The notes under the pieces were generated by a model that was given only the letters and a program-made list of their open reading frames with translations, had not been told where the DNA came from and made no database searches. 64,000 bases of DNA, from NCBI GenBank assembly GCA_963843145.1, contig CAWJJC010000027.1, positions 352,001-416,000 on the forward strand, written 5' to 3'. Positions 10,774 through 21,871 of this stretch are shown here, piece by piece (positions within the stretch are counted from its first letter, which is position 1; each line of letters opens with the position of its first letter). This DNA comes from an uncultured delta proteobacterium (GTDB lineage Bacteria; Desulfobacterota; RBG-13-43-22). The position numbers and the translations under genes are program-made.

Positions 10774-13251
10774 ATGAGTGATTATCGACTTTCCGATCTG
10801 CTTGATTTAAGTACCATCCAGAAGATGGCTGATGCGCATTACCGCGCGTCGGGCATGCCGATCGGCATCATTGATGCCATCGATGGTTCGATCTTGGTTA
10901 GGTCCGGCTGGCAGGATATCTGTGTCAAATTTCACCGGGCCCATCCGGTTTCACTTCAGCGCTGCCAGGAGAGTGACCGTTACCTTAAGGACCACCTGGT
11001 CGAAGGCGAGGTCTGTCGGTACAAATGCAAAAACGGGCTCTGGGATATCGGCCTGCCGATTGTGGCCGCCGGACGTCATTTGGCCAGCATGTTCCTGGGG
11101 CAATTTTTTTATGAAGGAGAGGAGGCGGATCGAGAGTTCTTCTCTCAATTGGCGCATGAGTTTGGTTTCGAGGTTAACGACTATCTCGCGGCGCTCGATC
11201 GGGTGCCGGTCTTCAACCGCGAAAAAGTCGATTACATCCTTGAATATAACCGGGCGCTGGTGAAGTTTATCGCTGACCTCGCAGAGAACTCGCTCGCAAA
11301 AATCAAAGCGGACGAAACAATCCGCACCGAGCGCCAGCGGTCGGAGGAGGAGGTCAAGCGGCAGACCGAATTTCTCCAGCTCCTGATTGACACCATGCCC
11401 TACCCGATCTTTTACAAGGATAGTCAGGGCCGGTATCTCGGGTGCAATCGCGCCTTTGAGCAGTTCTATGGGCTATTGAGAAAACAGATCGTCGGCAAGA
11501 CGGTTTACGAGCTGGCCCCGAAGGACCTGGCCGACGCCTACTGCCGGGCCGACGAGGAGCTTTTCTCGCATCCGGGAACGCAGATATACGAAAGTTGTAT
11601 CCAAGATGCTAACGGAGTTCGACACGAGGTCATCTTCCATAAGGCCGCGATTGAGGGACCGGATGGAACGCTGATAGGTATCATCGGCGGGTTAACGGAC
11701 ATCACCGCGCGCAAACGGGCAGAGAGTGCCTTGAGAGAGAGCGAAGCCAAAATACGCAGCATTCTGGATAACATCGGAATCGGCGTGGCCCTTATCAGCC
11801 CCGAGATGGAGATCCTCGACCTGAACCGCCAGATGCGCGAGTGGTTTCCAAACGTCGATCCCGGTCAACGCCCCATCTGTTACCGCTCCTTCAACGACCC
11901 GCCGCGCGAGGAGGTCTGTGACTACTGCCCGACCCGTAAGACCCTCCAGGATGGTTTGGTCCACGAAGCCACGGTGCAAACACCGCGGGCAGGACTCGTC
12001 CGCAATTACCGCATCGTGGCTTCTCCGATCTTTAATGCCTTGGGCGAGGTTACGGCGGCGATCGAGATGGTCGAAGACATCACCGAGAAACTTTCCCTGG
12101 AGTCCCAGATCCGGCAGGCCCAGAAGATGGAGGCCGTCGGCCGGCTGGCAGGCGGCGTGGCCCATGATTTCAACAACATACTCAGCGTGATTCTCGGTTA
12201 TACGGAAATGGCCCTGGGCAAGGTGGACCCGGCCCATCCGCTTCATGCCGACCTCATGGAAATCCTAAATGCCGCCAGGCGTTCCGCGGCCATTATCCGG
12301 CAATTGCTGGCCTTTGCCCGCAAACAGACGATCGACCCCCAGGTGCTCGACCTGAACGAGACGGTGGAGGGCATGCTCAAGATGCTCCGGCGGCTGATCG
12401 GCGAGGACATCGATCTTGTCTGGCTGCCGGCCTCCGGCTTGTGGCCGGTCAAGATGGACCCCACCCAGGTCGAACAGATCCTGGCCAATCTCTGCGTCAA
12501 CGCCCGGGACGCCATTGCCGAAGTCGGCGAGGTCACCATCGAAACGGGAAACATCGTCCTGGACCAGTCCTACTGCGCCGATCATCCGGGTTTTTTGCCG
12601 GGAGAGTATGTGCTGCTGGCCGTTAGCGACAACGGTTGCGGCATGGATAAGGAAACCCTCGGCCAGATTTTTGAACCGTTTTTTACTACCCAGGAGGTGG
12701 GGCAGGGAACCGGTCTGGGGCTGGCCACGGTTTACGGCATCGTCAAGCAGAACAACGGGTTCATCAACGTCTATAGCGAACCGGGGAAAGGAACAACCTT
12801 TAAAGTTTACCTGGCCCGGCACGCGGGCCAGCCCACCGATATCCTGGAGGAAAGCGAGGGCGCGCTCCCTTTAAGCCAAGGCCAGACCGTGCTGGTGGTG
12901 GAGGACGAGGTCTCGCTGCTGAAGCTTACCCGCGAGATCCTCGGCAGGCTGGGCTATCGCGTGCTGACCGCGGGCGCACCGGGGGAGGCCCTGCGTTTGG
13001 TTGAGGAATACACCGGGGAGATTCACCTCCTGATCGCCGACGTTATCCTGCCCGAAATGAACGGCCGGGACTTGGCGGAACAAATTAAAAAGGTCCGGCC
13101 GACGATGAAATGCCTGTTCATGTCCGGCTACACCGCTGAAGTGATCGCCCACCGAGGCATGCTCGACGAGGGCGTACAGTTCATCCCCAAGCCCTTCTCG
13201 GTGAGGGACCTGGCTGCCAAAGTCCGAAAGCTACTGGAAAAAAATGAGTGA
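10774..13251 (+). CDS. Hybrid sensor histidine kinase (PocR-PAS-PAS-HisKA-HATPase-REC)
   Basis: [10 protein letters not shown] / YKCKNGL PocR motif; GGVAHDFNN; GTGLGLA; receiver VVEDE...FMSGY...KPF. Confidence 0.92.
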   Translation: MSDYRLSDLLDLSTIQKMADAHYRASGMPIGIIDAIDGSILVRSGWQDICVKFHRAHPVSLQRCQESDRYLKDHLVEGEVCRYKCKNGLWDIGLPIVAAGRHLASMFLGQFFYEGEEADREFFSQLAHEFGFEVNDYLAALDRVPVFNREKVDYILEYNRALVKFIADLAENSLAKIKADETIRTERQRSEEEVKRQTEFLQLLIDTMPYPIFYKDSQGRYLGCNRAFEQFYGLLRKQIVGKTVYELAPKDLADAYCRADEELFSHPGTQIYESCIQDANGVRHEVIFHKAAIEGPDGTLIGIIGGLTDITARKRAESALRESEAKIRSILDNIGIGVALISPEMEILDLNRQMREWFPNVDPGQRPICYRSFNDPPREEVCDYCPTRKTLQDGLVHEATVQTPRAGLVRNYRIVASPIFNALGEVTAAIEMVEDITEKLSLESQIRQAQKMEAVGRLAGGVAHDFNNILSVILGYTEMALGKVDPAHPLHADLMEILNAARRSAAIIRQLLAFARKQTIDPQVLDLNETVEGMLKMLRRLIGEDIDLVWLPASGLWPVKMDPTQVEQILANLCVNARDAIAEVGEVTIETGNIVLDQSYCADHPGFLPGEYVLLAVSDNGCGMDKETLGQIFEPFFTTQEVGQGTGLGLATVYGIVKQNNGFINVYSEPGKGTTFKVYLARHAGQPTDILEESEGALPLSQGQTVLVVEDEVSLLKLTREILGRLGYRVLTAGAPGEALRLVEEYTGEIHLLIADVILPEMNGRDLAEQIKKVRPTMKCLFMSGYTAEVIAHRGMLDEGVQFIPKPFSVRDLAAKVRKLLEKNE

Positions 13252-13431
13252 CCCCGGAAATCAGGAGGGAAATCTGCTGGGCAGAGTGGACGACATCGCA
13301 GAACGCAAGCGAGCCGAGGCGGTCTCGGACCAGCGCGCCCGGGAACTGGCAGCGCTCCAGGCCCTGGGTCTCGCGGTCAGTGCTTCCCTCTCGCTGAAGC
13401 AAATCTCGACGGAAGTGAATCCATCGAGCCC
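13244..13431 (+). pseudogene. Truncated PAS-GAF linker fragment of a second sensor
   Basis: DIAERKRAEA...RARELAALQALGLAVSASLSL is cut off where the convergent AOR gene ends. Confidence 0.5.
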
Positions 13432-15282
13432 TTATAAGCCCAGCGCTTCCAGTCGGCGCCGGGTGGGAACGCCGGTCTCGCGGTCCCAGCCCTGTTCGTC
13501 GTAATAATCCCCCACCATCTGCTCCAGGGCTTCTCGGGTGACCGGGACGTCGGTCAGGTAATCCCGAAAACCTTCGGCCCCGAACCATTGCTCCGGAAAA
13601 CCGTCTTCCTTCCGGGAGAATCCCTCCCGAAGGTTGGCCAGCCGCAGCAGGGTCCAGACCCGGTCGGCTCCTTGCCGCAGTGCTTCCAGATCGGTAGCCA
13701 GGCCGGTCACCGCCCGATACAGATCGGCACAAAGGGCGGCGCTGTAGAAACGGTTGACTTGCCCCCGAGCGCAAAGTCCCAGGGACCCGAGGATGGCAAA
13801 CCAGCGGTGGGAATATTTGAGCAGGCGGCCGATCCGGAGGTCCGGTGTTTGATCCGCCTGGCCCAGTCCGGGAAGAATGCGCCCGATGGCCTCCTCCGGC
13901 GCACCCATCCGGTCGAGATGAGAGGGGAAGGCCTCCAGCGGACGTCGGGCGAAATAGGTCGGCGAACCACTAGCGCCCACATGCGGGCCCCGGGGATCCA
14001 ACACCTGCCCGAGTTCCTGAGTCCCGAAAAGGTTCCAGATCATCGGTCCCTGGGGACCGATGTAGGGCTGCATCCCCTTGATCAGCGGCGGGGCGAACCG
14101 CCGGGCCGCTTCCCCGAATTCAGCCACTATCCCCCGAAACCCTTTCCCCAAAATCTTTCCCAGGCCCTCCCTCCGGCTGATTTTCCCGGCCCAAGCCTCC
14201 AGGGAAGCCAATGAGCCCATCCGGATTTCCGGTTCAGCCTGCTCGGCAGGAATGCCCCCTTCCTCTACCAGCTTCCCGGCCAGGGCCAGCACCCCGAAAA
14301 ATTCGAACATGTCCAGCCCATAATCGTCCAGGGTGGTGACGCACTTGACGGCCTCCGCCCGATCCCGAAAACCGTAGATCAGCGGCGTGGCCAGGTTAGC
14401 CGCCGAAGTGGAGCAGAACCGCTGCCCTTGAAACGCACCCTCCTGAAATTCGATCACCTCCTTGTCGCCGATGGGGCAGGAGACGCAGGCCACCCGTCTC
14501 TTCTTGATTCGGAGATAATCTTCTTTGGGCATAAGAGGCAGGGCCTTTAAGAGCCCGAGTTCCTGCCATTCTTTCAACTGGGGATAGTTGCGGATCCGGG
14601 TCAGCAGCTTTTCGTTCAACTCCCGGTACCGTTTCGGATCGGCTACCCGGATGCCCTGGGTTCCCCGGACCCGGATGGCTTTGAGGTTTTTAGACCCCAT
14701 TACCGCGCCGAACCCGCCCCGGCCCAGGGTAGCCAGGTTATCGATCGAGGCCATGGAAAAAACCACCCCGTTTTCCCCACCCGGCCCGATGGCGATGATC
14801 CCGGCGGAACGGCCTTCCCTTTCCCAAAGGGTCTCGCAGGTCTCGGCGATCCCCCGGCCCCACAAGAAGGCGGCCTCTTGGATTTCGACCCGATCGTCCT
14901 CGATGTTCAACCAGACCGGCCGATCGGCCCGTCCCTCGATAATCAAATGATCGAATCCCGAGTTTTTCAGGTTACAGCCCCAGCGCCCCCCTCCCCCACC
15001 GCACCAGCCGATCGTTCCGCTGGTCGGAAATTTGGTGATGCCGTAGACCCGGGAACTGGCAGGGATGCTGGTTCCCACCAGGGGTCCGGCCCCCAAGACC
15101 AGGGGGTTGTCCGGGGAAAGCGGATCCGTACCGGGTTTGATCCGGTCACAGGCCAGCTTGACGCACAAGCCCAGGCCGCCAATAAACTTTTCGGCCAGGC
15201 CGGCGTCCAACGGCAAGATTTCCGACTCTCTCCGGGTCAAGTCCACCCGGAGGACCCGGCCGGCGAATCCCCCCAGCTTCAT
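13432..15282 (-). CDS. Aldehyde:ferredoxin oxidoreductase family (W-pterin), divergent
   Basis: GRVLRVDL, GRGGFGAVMGSKNLKAI, DDYGLD, YYDEQGWD...GVPT; start 15282. Confidence 0.9.
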   Translation of the reverse strand: MKLGGFAGRVLRVDLTRRESEILPLDAGLAEKFIGGLGLCVKLACDRIKPGTDPLSPDNPLVLGAGPLVGTSIPASSRVYGITKFPTSGTIGWCGGGGGRWGCNLKNSGFDHLIIEGRADRPVWLNIEDDRVEIQEAAFLWGRGIAETCETLWEREGRSAGIIAIGPGGENGVVFSMASIDNLATLGRGGFGAVMGSKNLKAIRVRGTQGIRVADPKRYRELNEKLLTRIRNYPQLKEWQELGLLKALPLMPKEDYLRIKKRRVACVSCPIGDKEVIEFQEGAFQGQRFCSTSAANLATPLIYGFRDRAEAVKCVTTLDDYGLDMFEFFGVLALAGKLVEEGGIPAEQAEPEIRMGSLASLEAWAGKISRREGLGKILGKGFRGIVAEFGEAARRFAPPLIKGMQPYIGPQGPMIWNLFGTQELGQVLDPRGPHVGASGSPTYFARRPLEAFPSHLDRMGAPEEAIGRILPGLGQADQTPDLRIGRLLKYSHRWFAILGSLGLCARGQVNRFYSAALCADLYRAVTGLATDLEALRQGADRVWTLLRLANLREGFSRKEDGFPEQWFGAEGFRDYLTDVPVTREALEQMVGDYYDEQGWDRETGVPTRRRLEALGL

Positions 15283-15518
15283 GGTTCGACCTCCAGCGGC
15301 TTTTTCTCGAGGGCCTGGTAAAAACAATGGTCCACGCAGATCCCGCATTGGTTGCAATCCTCGCTAAAGGCAATGGTGCAATCGGCGCCGGAGAGCTCCA
15401 CCCGGATTCGGGCCGCCGAGGGGTTAAAGGCCCGGGTATAAACCTCCGAACAGGCCAATTGGCAGCGCAGGCACCCGGCGCACTTTTCGGGGAAAGTCGA
15501 TACCTGATATTTGGTCAT
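15279..15518 (-). CDS. 2x[4Fe-4S] ferredoxin partner of the AOR
   Basis: CAGCLRCQLAC and CNQCGICVDHC; overlaps the AOR start. Confidence 0.9.
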   Translation of the reverse strand: MTKYQVSTFPEKCAGCLRCQLACSEVYTRAFNPSAARIRVELSGADCTIAFSEDCNQCGICVDHCFYQALEKKPLEVEP

Positions 15519-15866
15519 GGCGGGTCGGCTCTTTAACTGAAGTTCAATAATAGCTTTGGGTTCAGCCGCGGGACTTAATTCCTGGAATGCTGATGTCAGA
15601 ATCTATTTATGGACCATTCGGATCGAAAAATCAAGATAGCAATCTGTCAATCCAGGATTTGACATTTTTGATGATTTGTTTGGGCTAGATTTTTACATCA
15701 TCGTTCTGAGAATTTGTCTCTAACAATGGATGTAAAAATCTAAAAATTCAATAATGGCTTTTAGCTCATCCGCGGAACCGAACCCAGGCCGTTGAATAGG
15801 TATCCGAATTAATAACGAAAATAAGTATATTGCTATTTCCGTCGCGCTGTTGATATAATTCTGCCA

Positions 15867-16070
15867 CTAGAGACATTGCGATTTCTGGCGACAACCGATT
15901 GACTCACCGGCCTCTATAACAGAAGGCATTTCAATAAACTCGCCGAGGATGAGATCAGCAGGGCTCTCCGCTACTCACGTCCTCTGTCGGTTATGATGTT
16001 CGATATTGACTTCTTCAAGCGCGTCAACGATACCCTCGGGCATACTACCGGAGATACGGTGCTTAAAGGG
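15867..16070 (+). pseudogene. GGDEF (diguanylate cyclase) N-terminal fragment
   Basis: LATTD*LTGLYNRRHF...LSVMMFDIDFFKRVNDTLGHTTGDTVLK with in-frame TGA at 15900-15902; stops before the GGDEF motif. Confidence 0.85.
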
Positions 16071-16126
16071 AGAAGAATGCCCGACAGGGGAATCGAGGGC
16101 CATCGTCCTCACCCACTGAGGATCAA

Positions 16127-16729
16127 ATGGCTATGAAGGAAAGAGAAAAAAACGACCTGCTCCGGTCAGTGTTTGATGCGCTGCCCTCACTGGTTTTTGT
16201 AGTCGACCAAGACGTGAGGATTCAAGAGTACAATGCGGCAGCGGCCGATATTCTGATGGCCGGGAGAAAGACCGTCCTTAGACAGCGAGCCGGGGATATA
16301 TTACATTGTATACATTCGATTGAAGTGCCGGAGGGTTGCGGTAGATCTCCGGCCTGTAAGGACTGCGTTATCAGGAATTCCGTCCGGGAAGCCTTCCGGG
16401 GAAACCGTATTGGTCGCCGTCGCGCCAGATTGGAGTTCACCCGAGATACGAACAAAATAGAGTTTTACGCACTGATCACCGCTTCTCCCTTTTCCTTCCA
16501 GGATAGGCCGCTGGCGTTACTGGTGATTGAAGATATCAGCGAGATCGCCGAGCTTTATCGCCTGATACCTATTTGTTCCGTCTGCAAAAAAGTGCGCGAC
16601 GATAAGGAATCCTGGATGCGAGTCGAAACCTATTTCAGGAATAATTGGGGCGTCGACTTCACTCATGGTCTTTGTCCGGACTGCTATAAGAACGAGTTGG
16701 ACCAACTGAAGCAATTACCCAAAAAATAG
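16127..16729 (+). CDS. PAS-domain protein with C-terminal Cys-rich IPICxxCKK...HGLCPDC module
   Basis: PAS-like N-terminus with CxH...CG...CxxC; C-terminal CSVC and THGLCPDC. Confidence 0.75.
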   Translation: MAMKEREKNDLLRSVFDALPSLVFVVDQDVRIQEYNAAAADILMAGRKTVLRQRAGDILHCIHSIEVPEGCGRSPACKDCVIRNSVREAFRGNRIGRRRARLEFTRDTNKIEFYALITASPFSFQDRPLALLVIEDISEIAELYRLIPICSVCKKVRDDKESWMRVETYFRNNWGVDFTHGLCPDCYKNELDQLKQLPKK

Positions 16730-16802
16730 CAAGGCACTCTAACAGACCCATACCAGCCACTTCGCAGAAAAATATGTGGAAGATAATTATAAAGGAGCGA
16801 CC

Positions 16803-17852
16803 ATGAATTTCGAGACGATCGTCAAAGAAACCGTTATATCCGACCCTCAAAAGGATGGGACCGAACGGCGTATCCCCAGTGAAATCCGCACCGATCCCCT
16901 GACCGGGCGAACCGCCCGGATCTGCCATTTCATGAAGCTGCAATGGGAAAAGCCCGATTTCGATACCCTGGTCGCGGGAACCGAAGCCTGGTGCCCGTTC
17001 TGCCCGGAAAAGGTATTGGAGGTGACCCCCTGCTTTCCCCGAGATCTCATCCCGGAAGGCCGCCTGCAAAAAAACGATATGGTGCTCTTCCCGAATATCG
17101 CCCCCTACGACAGCATCGGGGCCGTGGCCACCTTCGGCGCCCGCCATTATATCCCCATGACCGCTTTCGAGCCGGCGCAGATGGCGTCCACCTTCGCCTT
17201 TGCCTTGGAATTTTTCCGGCGGGTCGAGGCCAGCGGCCATCCCGAATCCGTCTACCACCTCATCAATTGGAATTACATGCCGCCGGCCGGAAGCACGCTC
17301 ATCCATCCTCACCTGCAGGTTTTCTCCTCCTCCTCCGCGCCCAACCTGATGCGTCAGGAGCTGGAGGCCTCAAAGCGTTACCAGGAGAATCACGGATCCA
17401 ACTACTGGGATGATCTGCTGACGGCCGAGAGGAAATCAGGCGAACGGTATTTGGGGAAAATAGGCCGAACCCACTGGACGACGGCCTTTGCCCCTATGGG
17501 CGTTGCCGGGGACGTGCTGGCGGTCGTGGAAGACGCCCGGAGCACGCTGGAACTTACCGATCAGGATCTTCTGGACATTGCCGCCGGCCTGACCAAGGTC
17601 ATGGCCGCCTACGACCGGATGGGAATTTACAGTTTCAACATGAACTTTTTCACCGGGACGAAAACCGACGCCCACTTCCGATTTCACCTGCTCTTCTCAC
17701 CTCGCACCTTTTTCAGCCAGAAATTGGGGACCCCGGACATCGGCGCCCTGCGCAACCTGTTTAATGAAACCCTGTGTATGGCCTATCCGGAGGAAATCAA
17801 CCAATTGCTGAAACCTTATTTTCTTGACACCACGCAGCCTGATTCACTATAA
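16803..17852 (+). CDS. Galactose-1-phosphate uridylyltransferase-like (GalT/HIT) protein
   Basis: EIRTDPLTG, CPFC, NWNYMPPAGSTLIHPHLQ. Confidence 0.85.
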   Translation: MNFETIVKETVISDPQKDGTERRIPSEIRTDPLTGRTARICHFMKLQWEKPDFDTLVAGTEAWCPFCPEKVLEVTPCFPRDLIPEGRLQKNDMVLFPNIAPYDSIGAVATFGARHYIPMTAFEPAQMASTFAFALEFFRRVEASGHPESVYHLINWNYMPPAGSTLIHPHLQVFSSSSAPNLMRQELEASKRYQENHGSNYWDDLLTAERKSGERYLGKIGRTHWTTAFAPMGVAGDVLAVVEDARSTLELTDQDLLDIAAGLTKVMAAYDRMGIYSFNMNFFTGTKTDAHFRFHLLFSPRTFFSQKLGTPDIGALRNLFNETLCMAYPEEINQLLKPYFLDTTQPDSL

Positions 17853-17924
17853 AATTAAACAGAATACGGCAGCCATTGGAAGGATTAAAAAAATACTCAA
17901 AAAAGAGGCTATTCTAAATACTCC

Positions 17925-19058
17925 GTGCCCGACCATCAACTCCTAGCAAAAATCCAGGCTGAAATCGAAGCCTTCACCTCCAGAGACTATAAGGACCTGG
18001 GGGCCGCATTGCCCGCCAATCGGCCCGCCATCGGCACCTTCTGCCCCTTCGTTCCGGAAGAAATGATTCTGGCCGGCGGCGGCCATCCCTTCCGCCTGGT
18101 GGATACCCCGGTCAAAATCAACCAGGCCCAGGCCTTTCTTCCGGCTTACTGCTGCCATCCGGTTAAATCCTATTTGCAGCATTTGTTGGCCGGAGACTTG
18201 GATTTCCTGAAAGGGGTGGTCTTTTCTCATAGCTGCGACGCCCATAAGGGTCTCTCTGAAATCTGGATCAGACAGGGGCGCCTTCCTTTTCATTATAACT
18301 TGATGATCCCTACCCGGCTGGATTCCCCCCTGGCCCGCACTTTTCTGCGAGCGGAGTTCGATTGCTTTCGGACGGAACTGGAAAAGCATCTGGGACCGAT
18401 TTCGGACGCCAAAATTAAAGAAGCCCTGGCCCTCTCTAAGGCTATTCGCGATCAACTGGCCGGGTTGTATACGCTCCGGTCAAACTATTGGCATGAACTT
18501 CCGGCGGATTTTTTCGCCCGGCTGATACGGGCCGGTTTCTGGATGGATCGAGAAGCCTACCTCCGGCTTCTTAATGACCTCACCGAAGCGCTCCCGGAAA
18601 CTCCCGAGTCCGGCACGCGGCCGATCCCGGTTTTTGTCACCGGGAACATGAACCACGAACCTTACTGGCAGACACTTATTGAAGACAGCGGGGCCCAAAT
18701 CGTCTGGGACGACCTGTGCAGCGGGGCCCGGACCTTTCGACTGAAATCCTCGGATTTCGACGATCCCCTGGACACCCTGACCGACCGCTACTTCAGCAGC
18801 TTCTTCTGCCCCACCAAATACTACGGTCCCCAGGCCCGGCAAGAAACCCTGGCTCAGGAAGTGAAAAGCTCCGGAGCCCAAGGGGTTATTTTTTTACTCT
18901 ATAAATATTGTGAGCCCCACTTTTTTGATTATCCGGACCTGAAAACTTTTTTTGAGGCGCAGGGGATTCCCACCTTGCTGCTCGAAGTCGAGGACCCCTC
19001 GCAATCCCGGGAACAGAATAAAATTCGGATTCAGGCCTTTGTGGAGATGCTGGGATAA
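17925..19058 (+). CDS. 2-hydroxyacyl-CoA dehydratase / benzoyl-CoA reductase family subunit
   Basis: VPEEMILAGG, HSCD, DDLCSGAR, KYCEPH, RIQAFVEM. Confidence 0.85.
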   Translation: MPDHQLLAKIQAEIEAFTSRDYKDLGAALPANRPAIGTFCPFVPEEMILAGGGHPFRLVDTPVKINQAQAFLPAYCCHPVKSYLQHLLAGDLDFLKGVVFSHSCDAHKGLSEIWIRQGRLPFHYNLMIPTRLDSPLARTFLRAEFDCFRTELEKHLGPISDAKIKEALALSKAIRDQLAGLYTLRSNYWHELPADFFARLIRAGFWMDREAYLRLLNDLTEALPETPESGTRPIPVFVTGNMNHEPYWQTLIEDSGAQIVWDDLCSGARTFRLKSSDFDDPLDTLTDRYFSSFFCPTKYYGPQARQETLAQEVKSSGAQGVIFLLYKYCEPHFFDYPDLKTFFEAQGIPTLLLEVEDPSQSREQNKIRIQAFVEMLG

Positions 19059-19065
19059 GACCAGG

Positions 19066-19142
19066 GGCGCGAGGCGCTGAGCGCGGGGCGAAAAACGCGG
19101 GGCGCAAAGCGCAAAGGGCATAGAGCAGAGGGCCATTGGCAT
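19066..19142. repeat. Short degenerate GGCGC/AGCGC heptamer tract
   Basis: ggcgcgaggcgctgagcgcggggcg...gcgcaaagcgcaaagggcatagagcagagggc between the two dehydratase genes. Confidence 0.5.
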
Positions 19143-19151
19143 AAAAAGACC

Positions 19152-20378
19152 ATGACGGAACAATCCAAAGAATCGAAGAACTATCGCGAAATCAAGTCCG
19201 TTTCGGCCTATCGGCGGCTGATGAAGGGCTATTACCTGATCGCCAAAAATCCGCGCTGGTTCGGCAAAAAGGTGGCCTGGATCACCAGCGGCGGGCCGGT
19301 GGAACCTCTGTACGCCATGGGGGTCCTGCCCTTTTATCCTGAAAATTACGGGGCCATGTGCGGGGCCAGCCGGACGGCGGTGGGCCTCTGTGAAATCGCC
19401 GAGCAGCAGGGCTACTCCCGCGACCTTTGTTCCTATGCTCGCTGCGATATCGGCAGTTCCTTAAGCGGCCAAGGGCCTTTGGGCGCCCTGCCCCGGCCCG
19501 ACTTCTTAGTATGCGGAAACAATATTTGCGGGACCGTCATTAAATGGTATGAAATCCAGGCCCGCAAATACCAGGTTCCGCTATTTTTCTTGGACACCCC
19601 CTTCATCCACGACGAAATACCGGACCATGCCTTAACCTTCGTCCAGGACCAATTGAAGGAATTCGTCGTCTTCCTGGAAACCCACCTGAAGAAATCGTTC
19701 TCCGTAAAACGCTTTGAAAGGGTTTCCGCCCGGTCGTTGGAGGCCATCACCCTTTGGAAGGATATCCTGGACCTCTCCCGCCATCGCCCGGCCCCCTTTG
19801 CCGCCTTCGACGCCTTTATCCATATGGCCCCGATCGTTACCCTGCGGGGGACCCGCTGGGCCGTCGCTTACTACCAAAAGCTCAAAAAAGAACTGGAAGA
19901 AAGGGTCCGCCGAGGAGAAGGGGCCTTCGCCCGGGAAGAGATCCGGCTGATTTGGGATAATATTCCCATCTGGTATGACATCCGGAATCTGTCCAAAATG
20001 CTCTCCAGCCAGGGAGCGGTCCTGGTGGCCGACACCTATACCTCGGCCTGGACCTTAAAAGGGTTGGACCTGGAACGGCCTCTGGAAAGTCTGGCTCGCA
20101 CCTATGCCACCGTTCACTTGAACCTGGGCTTGGACCATAAGATTCGTAAAATGGCTGCCTTGCTACAAGACTATCAGGCGGACGGCTTTATCATGCATTC
20201 CAACCGCAGTTGCAAAACCTACTCCCTGGGGCAATTCGATATCAAACGAAAGGTCTCGGAGATTACCGGCAAACCCGGTTTGATCATCGAAGCCGACCAC
20301 ACCGATGCTCGAAGCTATGCCCCCCAGCAGACGGAAAATCAGATTCAGACCTTCATGGAAATGGTTAAAAAGAATTGA
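19152..20378 (+). CDS. 2-hydroxyacyl-CoA dehydratase / benzoyl-CoA reductase family subunit
   Basis: YPEN, DLCSYAR, NICGTVIKWYE, HSNRSCK, IEADHTDAR. Confidence 0.88.
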   Translation: MTEQSKESKNYREIKSVSAYRRLMKGYYLIAKNPRWFGKKVAWITSGGPVEPLYAMGVLPFYPENYGAMCGASRTAVGLCEIAEQQGYSRDLCSYARCDIGSSLSGQGPLGALPRPDFLVCGNNICGTVIKWYEIQARKYQVPLFFLDTPFIHDEIPDHALTFVQDQLKEFVVFLETHLKKSFSVKRFERVSARSLEAITLWKDILDLSRHRPAPFAAFDAFIHMAPIVTLRGTRWAVAYYQKLKKELEERVRRGEGAFAREEIRLIWDNIPIWYDIRNLSKMLSSQGAVLVADTYTSAWTLKGLDLERPLESLARTYATVHLNLGLDHKIRKMAALLQDYQADGFIMHSNRSCKTYSLGQFDIKRKVSEITGKPGLIIEADHTDARSYAPQQTENQIQTFMEMVKKN

Positions 20379-20593
20379 CAGACCAAGGGACGGTTGGTAT
20401 TTAGTTAGAAGTCTTGGCCTTGGATTAAGCCAGGAAATCTGATCTCGCACTATTTCAGCCAAACATTGTTGGGGCACCCCTCCGCGGTTGCCCGCTCCAA
20501 AGAAGGGAGGGATGATTAAAACACGCCTGAGCCTCTTTCAAAAGTACTTAGTCGTTAATCATCATTAACCCCAATCCATTTAAGGAGAAAAAT

Positions 20594-21793
20594 ATGATCA
20601 GGAAAGCCGGTTGGATCGGAATAGTTAGTCTGGTGCTGTTACTGGGTTTTGTTTTTTCAACTCAGGCCGCCTCGGTATCAGGTGTGACGGACACGGAAGT
20701 GACCGTCGGTATGACCACTCCCCTGTCGGGACCGGCCGCCCTCTGGGGTACCACGGCCCTTGGGGCTAAAGCCTGGGCCGACTATATTAACGATCAAGGC
20801 GGGGTTCACGGTCGCAAGATCAAAGTCATCATGAAGGACGATGGCTATAACCCGGCCCGGGCCATGGCCAACCTGACCGAAATGAAGGGTCAGGTCTTTG
20901 CCGTCAATGCCCTGCTGGGCACGGCGATCATCAATGCCACCAAAGATTTCTTCGCGGAAAACAAAATCCCTTTGATTAATGCCTATGCCGATGTCCGCAT
21001 CTGGGCCAAATATCCCAAGGACAAATTAAGATACGTTTTTATCGGTTACCCGGACTATGAAAATGAAGCCGAGTACTTGACTACCTATGCCATCCAGCAC
21101 CTGGGTGCTAAAAAAATCGCCCTTTTTTATCAGAATGATGATTATGGGAAAATGGCCATGACGGGGGTTAACCTGGGGCTGAAGAAACTGTCCGGGCAGG
21201 CCAGTCTGGTAGGCGCCGTTCCCTATGAAGTAACGGAAAGGGCCTTAGCCACTCAGGCCCAAAAGCTCAAAGAAACGGGTGCCGATACCCTGATAATGTA
21301 TCCCACCATGACGCACGGGGCCCTGATCCTGAAGGAGATGGCCAAACTGGGCTACAAACCCAAAGTCCTGGTCACCTTTACCCTGGGCGATCCGATCATG
21401 TACAAAATCGCCGGACCGGAGGTCTGGGAAGGGGTCTATCCGGCCAGTCCGGCCAACTCCGGTGTCCCGGGGGAAAAAGAGGTGGATCGGGTGATCGAAA
21501 TCCTGAAAAAATATGATCCCAAGCTGGCCGGAAAGGAATACCTGGCGGTTTTTGGGGCCACCTCCATGATGTACCTGGTGGAGGGCCTGAAGAATGCCGG
21601 CCGGAATCTGACCCCGGAGACCATGATCAAGGGTATGGAAATGATCAAAAACTGGAAACCGGAAGGGATCGGGGCCCCGGTGACTTTCGCACCGGACCGT
21701 CACCATGGGGTCAACGGTTCCCGAGTGATGCGAGCCGAAAAAGGCAAGCACGTCCCGATTACGGATTATACGCTTTTTAAACCGTTGTTTTAA
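20594..21793 (+). CDS. Liv-type ABC transporter substrate-binding protein
   Basis: Signal peptide; PLSGPAA, INDQGGVHGRKI, DDGYNP, QNDDYG. Confidence 0.9.
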   Translation: MIRKAGWIGIVSLVLLLGFVFSTQAASVSGVTDTEVTVGMTTPLSGPAALWGTTALGAKAWADYINDQGGVHGRKIKVIMKDDGYNPARAMANLTEMKGQVFAVNALLGTAIINATKDFFAENKIPLINAYADVRIWAKYPKDKLRYVFIGYPDYENEAEYLTTYAIQHLGAKKIALFYQNDDYGKMAMTGVNLGLKKLSGQASLVGAVPYEVTERALATQAQKLKETGADTLIMYPTMTHGALILKEMAKLGYKPKVLVTFTLGDPIMYKIAGPEVWEGVYPASPANSGVPGEKEVDRVIEILKKYDPKLAGKEYLAVFGATSMMYLVEGLKNAGRNLTPETMIKGMEMIKNWKPEGIGAPVTFAPDRHHGVNGSRVMRAEKGKHVPITDYTLFKPLF

Positions 21794-21808
21794 TGCCGAA
21801 TTGAATGG

Positions 21809-21835
21809 CAGGGGCGGGGTTCCATCCCCGCCCCC
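21809..21835 (+). terminator. GC stem-loop after the SBP gene (stabiliser or attenuator)
   Basis: AGGGGCGGGG-ttccat-CCCCGCCCC. Confidence 0.5.
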
Positions 21836-21871
21836 TACAAAAAATCTATTCGTGGGCCAAATATTTTTCCG

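Noticed and set aside
15900-15902. TGA in the GGDEF fragment as selenocysteine
   Set aside because: The position is the variable residue of DxLTG, and the gene is truncated anyway.
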